From NCBI GenBank assembly GCA_963709345.1, contig CAVPVX010000007.1, positions 64,001-128,000 on the forward strand: 64,000 nt of DNA, written 5' to 3'. Source of the stretch: an uncultured Actinomycetes bacterium (GTDB taxonomy: Bacteria > Actinomycetota > Thermoleophilia > UBA2241). The translations under genes were made by a program, and so were the position numbers. Positions 9,938 through 22,374 of the stretch are shown here, one piece after another. The notes beneath the pieces were generated by a model. It was not told where the DNA came from, did not search any database, and was given only the letters and a program-made list of their open reading frames with translations. Within the stretch, counting starts at the first letter, position 1; each line of letters starts with the position of its first letter.

Positions 9938-11230
9938 TCACTCCTCGCGACCGAGGACGATCGGCCGCACCTCTGGGGCCTCATCGCCGATCGTGAACGC
10001 CGTCTCCAGCACCGCGCCGGCCTCGCCCCTCCTGTCCGGATCACGCGAGCAGACCGTGGCGAGAGGCTCGCCGGCGCTCACCGCGTCGCCCACCAAGCGC
10101 TCGAGGACCACGCCGGCGGCGGCGTCGACGGAGTCGTCAACCGTGCGGCGCCCCGCTCCAGCCACCTGGGCGGCGCGCCCGACCGCGAGAGCGTCCACAG
10201 CCGTCACGTAGCCGGCCCGAGCAGCGATCGTCTCGTGACCGGCGAGACGGTGGAACTCGCCGGGGCGCCAGTCGCCACCCTGCACGTAGCACCAGCGCTC
10301 GAAGTGTTCGGCGGCGCGCCCGTCGTCGAGCGCCGCCTCCGCCCGTCTCGCGGCCTCGTCACGCGTCAGGCCCAGGTCGGACAGCGGGAGCAACTCGGCG
10401 GCGAGCGCGATCGTCACCTCACGCACGTCGGCGGGCCCGCCGCCCCCGAGCACCTGCCACGCCTCTTCCACCTCGAGCCGGTTGCCGACGGCGCGGCCGA
10501 GGGGCGCCTCCATGGCAGTGAACAGACAGGTCGTCGGCCGATCGTACGCTTCGCCGATGAGCCGGCACAGGCGCCCGAGCTCTCGCGCACGCTCGAGATC
10601 GGGCATGAAGGCGCCGGCACCCACCTTGAGATCCAGGACAACGGCAGACGTCCCGCTAGCCACCTTCTTCGCCATGATGCTGGCCGCGATCAGGCCGTCG
10701 CACTCCACCGTCCCGGTGACGTCCCGCAGCGCGTAGAGCAGGCGGTCGGCGGGCACCACGCGCTCGCTCTGGCTCACCACCGCAACGCCGATGCGCTCGA
10801 GCTGCCGCACGAAGTCGCCCTGCGGCAGGCGCACGCGAAACCCGGGGATCGACTCGAGCTTGTCCAGCGTCCCGCCTGTGTGCCCGAGACCCCGCCCGGA
10901 CATCTTGCCGAAGACCGCGCCGCACGCGGCGACCAGGGGCGCGAGCACGAGCGTCACCTTGTCGCCCACGCCGCCGCTCGAGTGCTTGTCGAGCACCGGA
11001 CGCCGCAGCACACGCAGATCGAGCGTCTTGCCGCTGTCGACCAGGGCACGCGCGAGCGAGACGGTCTCGGAGTCGCTCAGGCCGCGCAGCACCATGGCCA
11101 TGAGCAGGGCGCTCGCTTGGTACGAAGGGACGGCGCCGCTGACCACCCCATCGACGAAGGCACGCACGCGGGCCTCGTCGAGCTCGCGTCCGTCCCGCTT
11201 CCAGGCGATCACGTCGTGTACGAATTCCAT
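9938..11230 (-). CDS. pdp: Pyrimidine-nucleoside (thymidine) phosphorylase
   Basis: DKHSSGGVGDK, KMSGRGLGHTGGTLDKLESIPG, LYALRDVTGTV. Confidence 0.95.
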   Translation of the reverse strand: MEFVHDVIAWKRDGRELDEARVRAFVDGVVSGAVPSYQASALLMAMVLRGLSDSETVSLARALVDSGKTLDLRVLRRPVLDKHSSGGVGDKVTLVLAPLVAACGAVFGKMSGRGLGHTGGTLDKLESIPGFRVRLPQGDFVRQLERIGVAVVSQSERVVPADRLLYALRDVTGTVECDGLIAASIMAKKVASGTSAVVLDLKVGAGAFMPDLERARELGRLCRLIGEAYDRPTTCLFTAMEAPLGRAVGNRLEVEEAWQVLGGGGPADVREVTIALAAELLPLSDLGLTRDEAARRAEAALDDGRAAEHFERWCYVQGGDWRPGEFHRLAGHETIAARAGYVTAVDALAVGRAAQVAGAGRRTVDDSVDAAAGVVLERLVGDAVSAGEPLATVCSRDPDRRGEAGAVLETAFTIGDEAPEVRPIVLGREE

Positions 11231-11248
11231 GTCGTCCTCCGCCCCCGC

Positions 11249-12034
11249 CTACGCCAGTTCCGGCCAGCGCCCGCCCACGGCGGCCACGAGGCCCGTCGCC
11301 AGCAGACCTGCGAGCCGGCCGCCGGCCGCGAGAACGTCGTCGTGCGAACCCACCGCCGCCGCCTCGTTGGCGACCAGCGCCAGAAGACAGCACTCTACGC
11401 CCGTGGCCGTGGCGGCGCGAGCCTCCGCCGCGGCCGACATGCCGACCACGTCGCCGTACCGTGAGAGCCACTCCGCCTCGGCCGGCGTCTCGAACTGCGG
11501 CCCGGAGACGGCCACGTACACCCCCGCGCCCGGCGCCGCGCCGGCGCCGAGCGCGCCGGCGACACGAGCGCACGCCTGACGGGAGCAGACGGGCAGACGG
11601 GGTGGGGCATCCGCCTCGGGCGCACGCTGCAGGTCCACGACCGCCGCGCACGCGACGATGACGCCCGGCGGCGCGTGCGGGCCCAGGCCGCCGCACGAGT
11701 TCGTCAGCACGAGGCGGCCCACCCCCGCGGCTGCCAGGCCGCGGACGGGCGCCTCCAGTTCGGCGTCGGACCAGCCCTCGTACAGATGCGGGCGCCCGCA
11801 GGCCAGCGCCAGGCGCAGTTCCGCGCCGTCGGAGCGGGTCCCGCGAACCAGTCGCAGAACGTTCAGGTGGCCCGGCACGGCGGTGCACGGCCACCCCAGC
11901 TCCTCGTAGTCGATCTCCGCCTCGAGCGAGGAGCCGGCCGGTGGCGCCGCAAGCCCGGAGCCGAACACGACGGCCGCGTGCGGCCGAAAGGCGGCCACGC
12001 GGCGGAGACCGGACGGGAGCGGCACGTCCTTCAC
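11249..12034 (-). CDS. punA: Purine-nucleoside phosphorylase (PunA/XapA type, somewhat divergent)
   Basis: FGSGL, VPGH, GRPHLYEG, LTNSCGGL, GPQFETPAE, VGMS; start GTG 12034 overlaps the deoB stop. Confidence 0.8.
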   Translation of the reverse strand: MKDVPLPSGLRRVAAFRPHAAVVFGSGLAAPPAGSSLEAEIDYEELGWPCTAVPGHLNVLRLVRGTRSDGAELRLALACGRPHLYEGWSDAELEAPVRGLAAAGVGRLVLTNSCGGLGPHAPPGVIVACAAVVDLQRAPEADAPPRLPVCSRQACARVAGALGAGAAPGAGVYVAVSGPQFETPAEAEWLSRYGDVVGMSAAAEARAATATGVECCLLALVANEAAAVGSHDDVLAAGGRLAGLLATGLVAAVGGRWPELA

Positions 12035-13164
12035 TCGATCGCCCGCCCCGCCAGAGGCGGCCCCTCGCCGGTCAGACGCGCGAACGCCGTGGCGCCGACG
12101 TCCTCCTGGGCGCCGTCGTAGCGGCCCGGGGTGAGCCCCAGCGCGAGCAGCGGTGAGTACTCGCGGGAGTGGTCGGTGCCCTCCGACGTGGGGTCCACAC
12201 CGTGATCGGCACAGAGGATCATGACGTCGCCGGGCGCGAGCAGGGCCTCCCACGCCGGCAGTGCCGCGTCCACGGCGGCGAGACCTGAGGCGAAGCCGTC
12301 GACGTCGTTGCGGTGACCCCACACCGAGTCGAAGTCGACGAGGTTGGCGAACAACAGCCCCCCCTCCATCTCGCGGAGGTGCCGGCTGCACGCGGCGATG
12401 CCCGTGGTGTTGTCGGTGGTGTGGTCGTCGACGTCCACACCGCGCTGCACGAAGATCTCGCCGATCTTGCCGACGCCGATCACGGGAACGCCGCGGTCCT
12501 GCAGAAGGTCCAGATAGGTGGGGCCGGGCGGCGCCAGCGAGAAGTCCCGCCGCCGAGGCGTACGCGCGTAGTGCCCCGTCTCGCCGTCAAAAGGACGGGC
12601 GATGACGCGCCCTACCGCGTGCTCTCCGCAAAGGATCTCACGCGCCGCCGCGCACCACTCGTAGAGCCGCTCGACCGGCACGACGTCTTCGTGGCAGGCG
12701 ATCTGGAAGACGGAGTCCGCCGAGGTATAGACGATCGGCCGTCCGCTGGCCACGTGCTCGTCGCCGAGCTCCTCGAGGATGCCCGTGCCGGAGGCCGGCC
12801 GGTTGCAGAGCACGCGCCGGCCGACCACCTCCTCGAAGGGCCGGATGACCGCCTCGGGAAAGCCGTCCGGATACGTCGGGAAGGGCCGCTCGAGCACGAC
12901 GCCCATCATCTCCCAGTGGCCGGTGGTCGTGTCCTTGCCGGCCCCACGCTCAAGCAGGCGGCCGTAGGTCGCCTCCGGCCGCGGTGCGTCCATCGGCAGG
13001 CCGACGACCTCACCGAGCCCGAGCCCCGCAAGGTTCGGGAGCGGGACGCCGGTGCGCCCGATCACGTGCCCGAGCGTGTCGGAGCCCTCGTCACCGTAAG
13101 CGCCGGCATCCGGCAGTGCCCCCGCGCCACACCCGTCCAGCACGCACACGAACACCGTCGTCAT
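12031..13164 (-). CDS. deoB: Phosphopentomutase
   Basis: VLDGCGAG, GKDTTTGHWE, YTSADSVFQIACH, GRVIARPF, NLVDFDSVWGHRND, DHSRE. Confidence 0.96.
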   Translation of the reverse strand: MTTVFVCVLDGCGAGALPDAGAYGDEGSDTLGHVIGRTGVPLPNLAGLGLGEVVGLPMDAPRPEATYGRLLERGAGKDTTTGHWEMMGVVLERPFPTYPDGFPEAVIRPFEEVVGRRVLCNRPASGTGILEELGDEHVASGRPIVYTSADSVFQIACHEDVVPVERLYEWCAAAREILCGEHAVGRVIARPFDGETGHYARTPRRRDFSLAPPGPTYLDLLQDRGVPVIGVGKIGEIFVQRGVDVDDHTTDNTTGIAACSRHLREMEGGLLFANLVDFDSVWGHRNDVDGFASGLAAVDAALPAWEALLAPGDVMILCADHGVDPTSEGTDHSREYSPLLALGLTPGRYDGAQEDVGATAFARLTGEGPPLAGRAIE

Positions 13165-14120
13165 GTCTCCTCCTCCCCAACGGGCCCCGGCGGTTTCCGC
13201 CGCGCCCGCGGGTGCGTCTCCAGAAAGACCTCTCGCAGGTGTTCGACGGTCACATGCGTGTAGAGCTGCGTGGTGGCCACGTTCGCGTGACCGAGCATCT
13301 CCTGCACGCTGCGCAGGTCGGCTCCGGCCGCCAGCAGATGCGTCGCGAACGAGTGCCTGAACGTGTGCGCGCTGGCGGCGCCGAGCAGGTCGGCGCGCGC
13401 GAGTACGCCGCGCAGGATGTAGTCGAACCCCTGCCGCGTCAGGGGGCCGCCGCGGGAATTCAGGATCAGCTCCGGACGGCGCCTGCCGTGGAGAAGAGCC
13501 CGCCGGCCATCGCTCACATACCGCTGCACCGCGCACTCCGCCGCCGCACCCATCGGTACCACGCGCTCCTTGTCACCCTTGCCGACGCAGCGTACCAGCC
13601 CGCCTTCGACGTCCACGTCGCCCTCGCGCAGGCCGAGCAACTCACTCACGCGCAGGCCGCAGCCGTAGAGCAACTCCAGGGCCGCAAGATCTCGCTGCCC
13701 GAGCGGGCCGGCCCGCACGACCGACTCCAGCACCGTCTCGACTTCTTCGACCGAGAGGACGCGCGGCAGGTCCCGCGGTCTCTTCGGCGTGCGCAGACGC
13801 GCCGCCGGATCGTCGTCGCGCACCCCTTCGCGGACGAGGTAGGCGAAGAAGACCCGCAGGCCGGCCGTGCGCCGGGCCACGCTCGCCGACGCGCCGTCGC
13901 CCCCGGGCCCGGCGAAGTAGGCGCGCACCTCGGCCTCGGTCACCGCCCCCGGAGCGGCTCCCTCCGGCCCGAGAAAGGCCGCGAAGCGGGCGAGGTCGCG
14001 CCCGTAGGCGGCAACGGTGTTCGGGCTGAGGCCGCGCTCGTAGCGCACGTAGTCCAGAAAGCCCTGCACGAGAGGGTCGACCGCCGTAGCCGGCGGCCGA
14101 CCCTCTGCCCCACGCGCCAT
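13161..14120 (-). CDS. xerD: Tyrosine recombinase XerD
   Basis: ERGLSPNT.AAY..DL, LYGCGLRVSEL, GKGDKERVVP, HTFRHSFATHLL, QEMLGH, TTQLY. Confidence 0.93.
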   Translation of the reverse strand: MARGAEGRPPATAVDPLVQGFLDYVRYERGLSPNTVAAYGRDLARFAAFLGPEGAAPGAVTEAEVRAYFAGPGGDGASASVARRTAGLRVFFAYLVREGVRDDDPAARLRTPKRPRDLPRVLSVEEVETVLESVVRAGPLGQRDLAALELLYGCGLRVSELLGLREGDVDVEGGLVRCVGKGDKERVVPMGAAAECAVQRYVSDGRRALLHGRRRPELILNSRGGPLTRQGFDYILRGVLARADLLGAASAHTFRHSFATHLLAAGADLRSVQEMLGHANVATTQLYTHVTVEHLREVFLETHPRARRKPPGPVGEEET

Positions 14121-14139
14121 GCCGCGCCGCCCGCGGCCG

Positions 14140-16916
<2,777 letters not shown>

Positions 16917-17096
16917 TCACCGGTCGAAGAGCCGCCGCCGTCGATCGTCCCGGGACCATCCACCAGGAGACGCGCCCAAGGCACGGCAAAGCTGCTGCAG
17001 ACACGTGAGAGATTTTGTGGGGCCGGGAGCTCGCCCGCTCGAAGTCGACGGACCGGCACCATGCTATGCCCGGCTAGCCCACGGATCACGGAGGGA

Positions 17097-17124
17097 AGTA
17101 TACCATCGGGCGGAGGCGCCGCAA
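17097..17124 (-). promoter_or_regulatory. Housekeeping sigma promoter of pyrG (TTGCGG-N16-TATACT with TG extension)
   Basis: Motifs read directly in the recN-pyrG intergenic region. Confidence 0.6.
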
Positions 17125-17140
17125 GGCGCGGAGCGGCGGC

Positions 17141-18790
17141 TCAGGCGGCTCCGGCCGCCTTCGCCAGGAGGCTCTCGGCGTGGCTGCGTGCCGCCGTGTC
17201 GTCGGGGGCCGCGCCGAGCATGCGGCAGAGCTCGGCGAGGCGCTCGTCGCCATCGACCCGGCGCACGACGGTGACCGTCGTTCCCGCTCCGGGGTCGCTC
17301 TCCTTGACGATGGCGAACTGGCGCTCGGCGAAGGCGGCCACCTGTGGCAGGTGCGTGATGCAGAGCACCTGGCGGCGCGCCGCCAGACGCAGCAGGCGCT
17401 CGCCGAGGGCCGCCGCCGTGACGCCGCCGATACCGGTGTCTACCTCGTCGAAGATCAGCGTCTCGACGTCGTCCCCGAGCGTCACGATCCCACGGATGGC
17501 CAGCATCACGCGTGACAGCTCCCCACCGGACGCCGTCTCGCGGAGCGGGCGGGCCGGTACTCCTGGGTTGGCGCCGAAGATGAACTCGACCTCGTCGGCG
17601 CCGTGCGCGCCCAGAGCATCCCATCCCGACCCGCGCGGCGTCACGGCGATGCTGAAGACCGCGTGAGGCATGGCGAGGCGCCGCAACTCCTCCTGGATAC
17701 GCTCCGCAACGAGCGGCGCGAGCCGCCTGCGCTCGGTGCTCAGCGCCTCTGCGGCGCCCACAGCCTCGTCCTGCGCCGCCGCGACCGCAGCCACGAGCGC
17801 GTCCTCGTCGGCGGCGAACTCCTCGAGGGCCGCCAGACGCGCCCGCGCCGTCTCGAGAAAGGCAAGCACCTCGTCGGCCGAGCCCCCGTACTTGCGCATC
17901 AGCGCTTTGAGGCTGTCGTACCGAAGCTCCAGCGCGTCGCGATGCGCGGCGTCGACGTCCAGACCGTCCAGATAGTCACGCAACGCCGCCGCCAGGTCGT
18001 CGAGTTCGACGGTGAGTGCTCCCAGGCGCTGCGCCAGCGGCTCCACGCTCTCGTCGAGCAGAGCGGCCTCGGCGACCAGACGCTGCGCCACGCGCACGCC
18101 GTCCAGCGCGGCCCCCTCGGTCTCTCCGGCAAGGAGAGCGAGCGCGCCGCCGGTGCGCTCCAGCAACTTGCCCGCGTGGCGAGCGCGCTCCCGCTCGTGC
18201 CCGAGGCGCTCGTCCTCGCCGGGCTCCACCTCGGCCGCTTCGATCTCGCCCACCTGGTACCGCAGCATGTCGATCTCGCGCTCGCGGTCCCGGCCGGCTC
18301 CGCGCAACTCGTCGAGTTCGCGCGTGAGCGCCCGAGCGCGCGCAAACGTCGTCGCAAAGGTGGCCTGAAGCGGCTCCACCGTGGCTGCCGCCGCAGCGTC
18401 GAGCAGGTCCAGTTGCCGCTCGAGTTGCAGCAGACGCGTATGCTCGAGCTGTCCGTAGAAGGCGAGGCGCCGCCGCAGGGCGTCTTCGACGGCGGCGGCG
18501 GAGCTCAGCAGCCCGTCCATGCGTGCCCGTGAGCGCCCGCCGCGCGGGAGCTCACGCGCCACGGCCAGGGTCTCGTCGTCGCTCTCGAAGAGGGCCTGCA
18601 CGAGCGCCCGCTTCGCGCCGGGCCGCACCAGTTCGTCGCCGCCCTTCTGGCCCATGAGCAGGCCGATGGCCTGCGCGAGCAGGCTCTTGCCGGCGCCGGT
18701 CTCGCCGGTGATGACGTTGAGGCCCGGCGAGAACTCCAGCCGCGCCCCGGCGATGAGCACCAGGTCGTCGATGCTGAGCTCAGCGAGCAT
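17141..18790 (-). CDS. recN: DNA repair protein RecN
   Basis: ITGETGAGKS, ASGGELSRVML, FDEVDTGIGG, CITHLPQVAA. Confidence 0.96.
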   Translation of the reverse strand: MLAELSIDDLVLIAGARLEFSPGLNVITGETGAGKSLLAQAIGLLMGQKGGDELVRPGAKRALVQALFESDDETLAVARELPRGGRSRARMDGLLSSAAAVEDALRRRLAFYGQLEHTRLLQLERQLDLLDAAAAATVEPLQATFATTFARARALTRELDELRGAGRDREREIDMLRYQVGEIEAAEVEPGEDERLGHERERARHAGKLLERTGGALALLAGETEGAALDGVRVAQRLVAEAALLDESVEPLAQRLGALTVELDDLAAALRDYLDGLDVDAAHRDALELRYDSLKALMRKYGGSADEVLAFLETARARLAALEEFAADEDALVAAVAAAQDEAVGAAEALSTERRRLAPLVAERIQEELRRLAMPHAVFSIAVTPRGSGWDALGAHGADEVEFIFGANPGVPARPLRETASGGELSRVMLAIRGIVTLGDDVETLIFDEVDTGIGGVTAAALGERLLRLAARRQVLCITHLPQVAAFAERQFAIVKESDPGAGTTVTVVRRVDGDERLAELCRMLGAAPDDTAARSHAESLLAKAAGAA

Positions 18791-19649
18791 CGCGGCGGTC
18801 GAAGAGCTTCTCCTCGACGTTCTGGTAGAACGACCCCTCGCTCTGCATCAGCAGCCGCGCGACCTGCGGGCCCGCGGCGATGCGGACCTCGTCACCGCAG
18901 CACATCCGGCCGACGATCTCGCCGTCCACGACCACCTCGGCCTCCTGCAACGGCGAGACGTTGCGCGCGCTGATCACGTGGTCGGGGCGCAGCACGACGG
19001 GGCGAAAGCCCAGCGAGTGCGGGGCGATGAAGTTGAGCACGAGCACGTCGGCGTTCCACTCGACGATGGGGCCGCCGCACGACAGGTTGTAGGCGGTGGA
19101 CCCCGTCGGCGAGGCGATGATGAGACCGTCACAGAACATGCTCCCCACGGTGACGCCGGCGACCTCATACTCCAACTGCAGCACGTGGCGAGGCGCGACC
19201 CGGCTGAGGATGACGTCGTTCACGGCGCTGAAGCGCTCGCCGTTCAGGTGGACGTCGACGGTCAGCAGCTCGATGACGCGGTAGTCGCCACCCAGGATCG
19301 CCTCCAGCCCGGCCATCCACCCCTCGCGGGGCAACGAAGCGAGAAAGCCTACGTTCCCGTAGTTGACGCCCAAGGTGGGTACGACACTGCCGAGCAGCCG
19401 GCCGAGGCTCCGCAGGATGGTCCCGTCGCCGCCGAAGACGAGGCACAGGTCGGCGGTCCGCAGGCCGGCCTCGTCGACGAGCGCGTAGCCCAGTTCGCCC
19501 GCGCCTCGGTGCTTGGCGGCTTCGTCGGCAGGGATCAGCAGCTCGATGCCGAGAGGGCCGGCGGCCGCGGCCAGATCCGCAAGGGCAGCCGCCGTGGCGT
19601 CGGCGAACACGTGCGTGAGCACGGCGACCCGCCGCAGCGGCTCAGCCAT
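18780..19649 (-). CDS. nadK: NAD(+) kinase
   Basis: GGDGT, GVNYGNVGFL, ND motif, DGLIIASPTGSTAYNLSCGGP. Confidence 0.95.
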   Translation of the reverse strand: MAEPLRRVAVLTHVFADATAAALADLAAAAGPLGIELLIPADEAAKHRGAGELGYALVDEAGLRTADLCLVFGGDGTILRSLGRLLGSVVPTLGVNYGNVGFLASLPREGWMAGLEAILGGDYRVIELLTVDVHLNGERFSAVNDVILSRVAPRHVLQLEYEVAGVTVGSMFCDGLIIASPTGSTAYNLSCGGPIVEWNADVLVLNFIAPHSLGFRPVVLRPDHVISARNVSPLQEAEVVVDGEIVGRMCCGDEVRIAAGPQVARLLMQSEGSFYQNVEEKLFDRRDAR

Positions 19650-20439
19650 GAGCCGTCTCGACGGCGTGGCGGACCAGATCCGGCGCGGGCGCGGAAGCCT
19701 GCCGGCCGGCCTCCGCGTCGATGAAGAGGATGAAGTACTCCACGTTGCCCTTCGGTCCGGGATGCCCAGAGTCGCAGACACCCAGTACGGTCGCCCCGCG
19801 GCTCTCGAGCCAGCCGGCGACCTTCTCGAGGACGTCGCGGTGGACGGCGGCGTCTCGGACCACCCCGCCCTTACCGACGCGCTCCCGCCCCGCCTCGAAC
19901 TGCGGCTTCACGAGCACGAGGCCGCGATAGCCTCTGCGCAGGCATTCTAGCACCGGGTCCAGCGCGAGCGTCAGAGAGATGAACGACAGGTCCGCGGTGA
20001 CGAACGAGGGCGCGAACGGGAGACGTTCCGCCGTGAGCTCCCTCGCGTTCGTGCGCTCGAGGACGGTGACGCGCGAATCCTCGCGCAGGCGCCAGTCGAG
20101 CTGCCCGTACCCGACGTCGACGGCCACGACGCGCGCCGCCCCGCCCTGCAGCAGGCGGTCGACGAAGCCACCGGTGGAGCTTCCGAGGTCGACGACGTCC
20201 TCGCCCGAGACTTCGACGTCAAGAGCAGCCATGGCGTGGTCGAGCTTGTCGCCGCCGCGCGAGACGAAGCGTCGCCGCGCGGCCACGGCGACGGCGGCCG
20301 CCGCATCCACGGGAGCGCCCGGCTTGTCCACCAGGCGCCCGTCCACCGTGACCTCACCCGCCATGACCGCGGCCCGCGCCTGCGTGCGCGACTCGAAGAA
20401 GCCGCGGGAAACGAGCACGACGTCGAGGCGCTCGCGCAC
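19642..20439 (-). CDS. tlyA: TlyA family rRNA 2'-O-methyltransferase
   Basis: S4 domain, FVSRGGDKL, DLGSSTGGF, DLSFISL, LVKPQFE, GPKGNVEY. Confidence 0.95.
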   Translation of the reverse strand: MRERLDVVLVSRGFFESRTQARAAVMAGEVTVDGRLVDKPGAPVDAAAAVAVAARRRFVSRGGDKLDHAMAALDVEVSGEDVVDLGSSTGGFVDRLLQGGAARVVAVDVGYGQLDWRLREDSRVTVLERTNARELTAERLPFAPSFVTADLSFISLTLALDPVLECLRRGYRGLVLVKPQFEAGRERVGKGGVVRDAAVHRDVLEKVAGWLESRGATVLGVCDSGHPGPKGNVEYFILFIDAEAGRQASAPAPDLVRHAVETAHG

Positions 20440-20447
20440 CCGCGTCC

Positions 20448-22331
20448 CTACCTGACGCGCGTCAGGGACGGGCTGCCGGCGCAGGCGGCGAGGGCGACGG
20501 CTTCCGCCGTCACGCCGAGGTCGGTGAGCACCCGGGTGCGCTCGCCATGCGGGACGAAGACGTCGGGCAGCCCGACGCGGACCACGTCGGCGGACGACCC
20601 GACCACTTCGAGGACCGCGCTGCCGAAGCCGCCGGTGAGCACGTTCTCCTCGATGGTGACGAGACGCCGGTGGGTGTTCGCCAATTCCTTCACGAGATCG
20701 GCGTCGAGCGGCTTGACGAAGCGCGCGTCCACGACGGTCGGCGAGTGTCCCTCCGCTTCGAGCAGCGCGGCGGCATCACGAGCGATGCCGACGCCGGTCC
20801 CGATGCCGATGAGCGCGACGTCCCGACCCTGCTGCAGCACCACGCCGCGCCCCACCTCGACCGGCTCCGGGACCTCGGCCGGGACGAACGGCGCGGCGAG
20901 GCCGCGCGGGTAGCGAAGCGCGGCCGGGCCGTCGAGCGTGAGTGCCGTGGCGAGCATGCGCTGCAGTTCATCCTGGCTCGACGGCGCCATCACCGTCATG
21001 CCGGGGATGATCCGCAGGAAAGAGAGGTCGAAGGCGCCGTGGTGCGTCGGGCCGTCGTCGCCGACCAGCCCGGCACGGTCGACTGCGAAGACCACCGGCA
21101 GTGCCTGCAGGCCGATGTCCTGGACGAGCATGTCGAAGGTCCGCTGCAAGAAGGTCGAGTAGAGCGCGACCACCGGGCGCATACCCCCGATGGCCAGGCC
21201 GGCCGCGAACACGGCGGCGTGCTCTTCGGCGATGCCGACGTCGTAGAAGCGGTCGGGGAACCGCCGTTCGAAGCCCTCGAGTCCGGTTCCCTGCGTCATG
21301 GCGGCGGTGATCGCGACGATGCGCTCGTCGCGCTCGGCCAGGCGCACCAGCGCCTCACCGAACGCGTCGGTGTAGGTGCTGCCGGCGGCCGCCGCCTTCC
21401 GCACGCCGTTGCCGAGGTCGAAGGGTCCGGTCCCATGGAAGGTGTCCGGGTGCGCCTCCGCCGGCTCGTAGCCCTTGCCCTTGACCGTCTTGACGTGGAC
21501 GACCACGGGGCGGCGCGTGTCTATCGCCTGACGGATGCTCTCACGCAGTGCGTGCATGTCGTGGCCGTCGACGACGCCGATGTAGGCGAAGCCAAGCTCC
21601 TCGAACAGCATTCCGGGCACGAGCAGCGCCTTCATCGACTCCTTGACGTCCTTGCCGAGCCGGTAGGCCTGCTGTCCGATCGCCGGGATCCTGGCGACAC
21701 CGCGCTCAATGTCCTCCCGGAGCCGCGTCAGCGTCGGATCGAGCCGGATGCGGTTCAGGTAGAGCTGCAGCGCGCCGACGTTGGCGCGGATCGACATCTC
21801 GTTGTCGTTGATCACGACGACCAGTGGCGTGCGCAGGTGGCCGGCCTGGTTCAGCGCTTCGAAGGCGACCCCTCCGGTGAGCGCGCCGTCCCCGAGCACA
21901 CAGACCACGCTGCCGGCGCCCTCGCGCGCCAGGCGCTCCGCCTCGACCAGACCGAGGCCGTAGCTGATGGAGGTCGAGGCGTGGCCGGTGCCGATCACGT
22001 CGTGAGGCGACTCGGTCCGGCACGGGAAGCCGGAGAGACCGCCGTACTGGCGCATGGTCCCAAAGCGCTCGCGACGACCGGTGAGCAGCTTGTGCGCATA
22101 GCACTGGTGGCCCACGTCCCAGACTATCTTGTCGCGCGGGCTCTGGAGGATGCTGTGCAGGGCGACGGTCAGCTCGACCGTGCCGAGACTGGCGGCAAGG
22201 TGCCCCCCGGTCTCGCTCACGCAGGAGAGGATGGCCTCGCGGACCTCGTCGGCGAGCAGCGTCAGCTCACGCTCGGAATACTGCTGGAGGTCGGCGGGGT
22301 CGGAGATCTTGTCCAGATACCGCATCGTCAC
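20448..22331 (-). CDS. dxs: 1-deoxy-D-xylulose-5-phosphate synthase
   Basis: GGHLAASLG, WDVGHQ, GDGALTGG, NDNEMSI, DVGIAEEHA, DRAGLVGDDGPTHHG. Confidence 0.98.
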   Translation of the reverse strand: MTMRYLDKISDPADLQQYSERELTLLADEVREAILSCVSETGGHLAASLGTVELTVALHSILQSPRDKIVWDVGHQCYAHKLLTGRRERFGTMRQYGGLSGFPCRTESPHDVIGTGHASTSISYGLGLVEAERLAREGAGSVVCVLGDGALTGGVAFEALNQAGHLRTPLVVVINDNEMSIRANVGALQLYLNRIRLDPTLTRLREDIERGVARIPAIGQQAYRLGKDVKESMKALLVPGMLFEELGFAYIGVVDGHDMHALRESIRQAIDTRRPVVVHVKTVKGKGYEPAEAHPDTFHGTGPFDLGNGVRKAAAAGSTYTDAFGEALVRLAERDERIVAITAAMTQGTGLEGFERRFPDRFYDVGIAEEHAAVFAAGLAIGGMRPVVALYSTFLQRTFDMLVQDIGLQALPVVFAVDRAGLVGDDGPTHHGAFDLSFLRIIPGMTVMAPSSQDELQRMLATALTLDGPAALRYPRGLAAPFVPAEVPEPVEVGRGVVLQQGRDVALIGIGTGVGIARDAAALLEAEGHSPTVVDARFVKPLDADLVKELANTHRRLVTIEENVLTGGFGSAVLEVVGSSADVVRVGLPDVFVPHGERTRVLTDLGVTAEAVALAACAGSPSLTRVR

Positions 22332-22374
22332 CGGAGTATAGCACCGGCATCTCGTGGACCGACCGGCAGGGGGG

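Noticed and set aside
13161-14120. Tyrosine recombinase as the integrase of a mobile element
   Set aside because: Housekeeping XerD motifs and the standard xerD-deoB-punA-pdp context; no att sites or cargo genes seen.
19642-20439. TlyA as a haemolysin or virulence factor
   Set aside because: It sits in the conserved dxs-tlyA-nadK-recN block; the rRNA methyltransferase role is sufficient.
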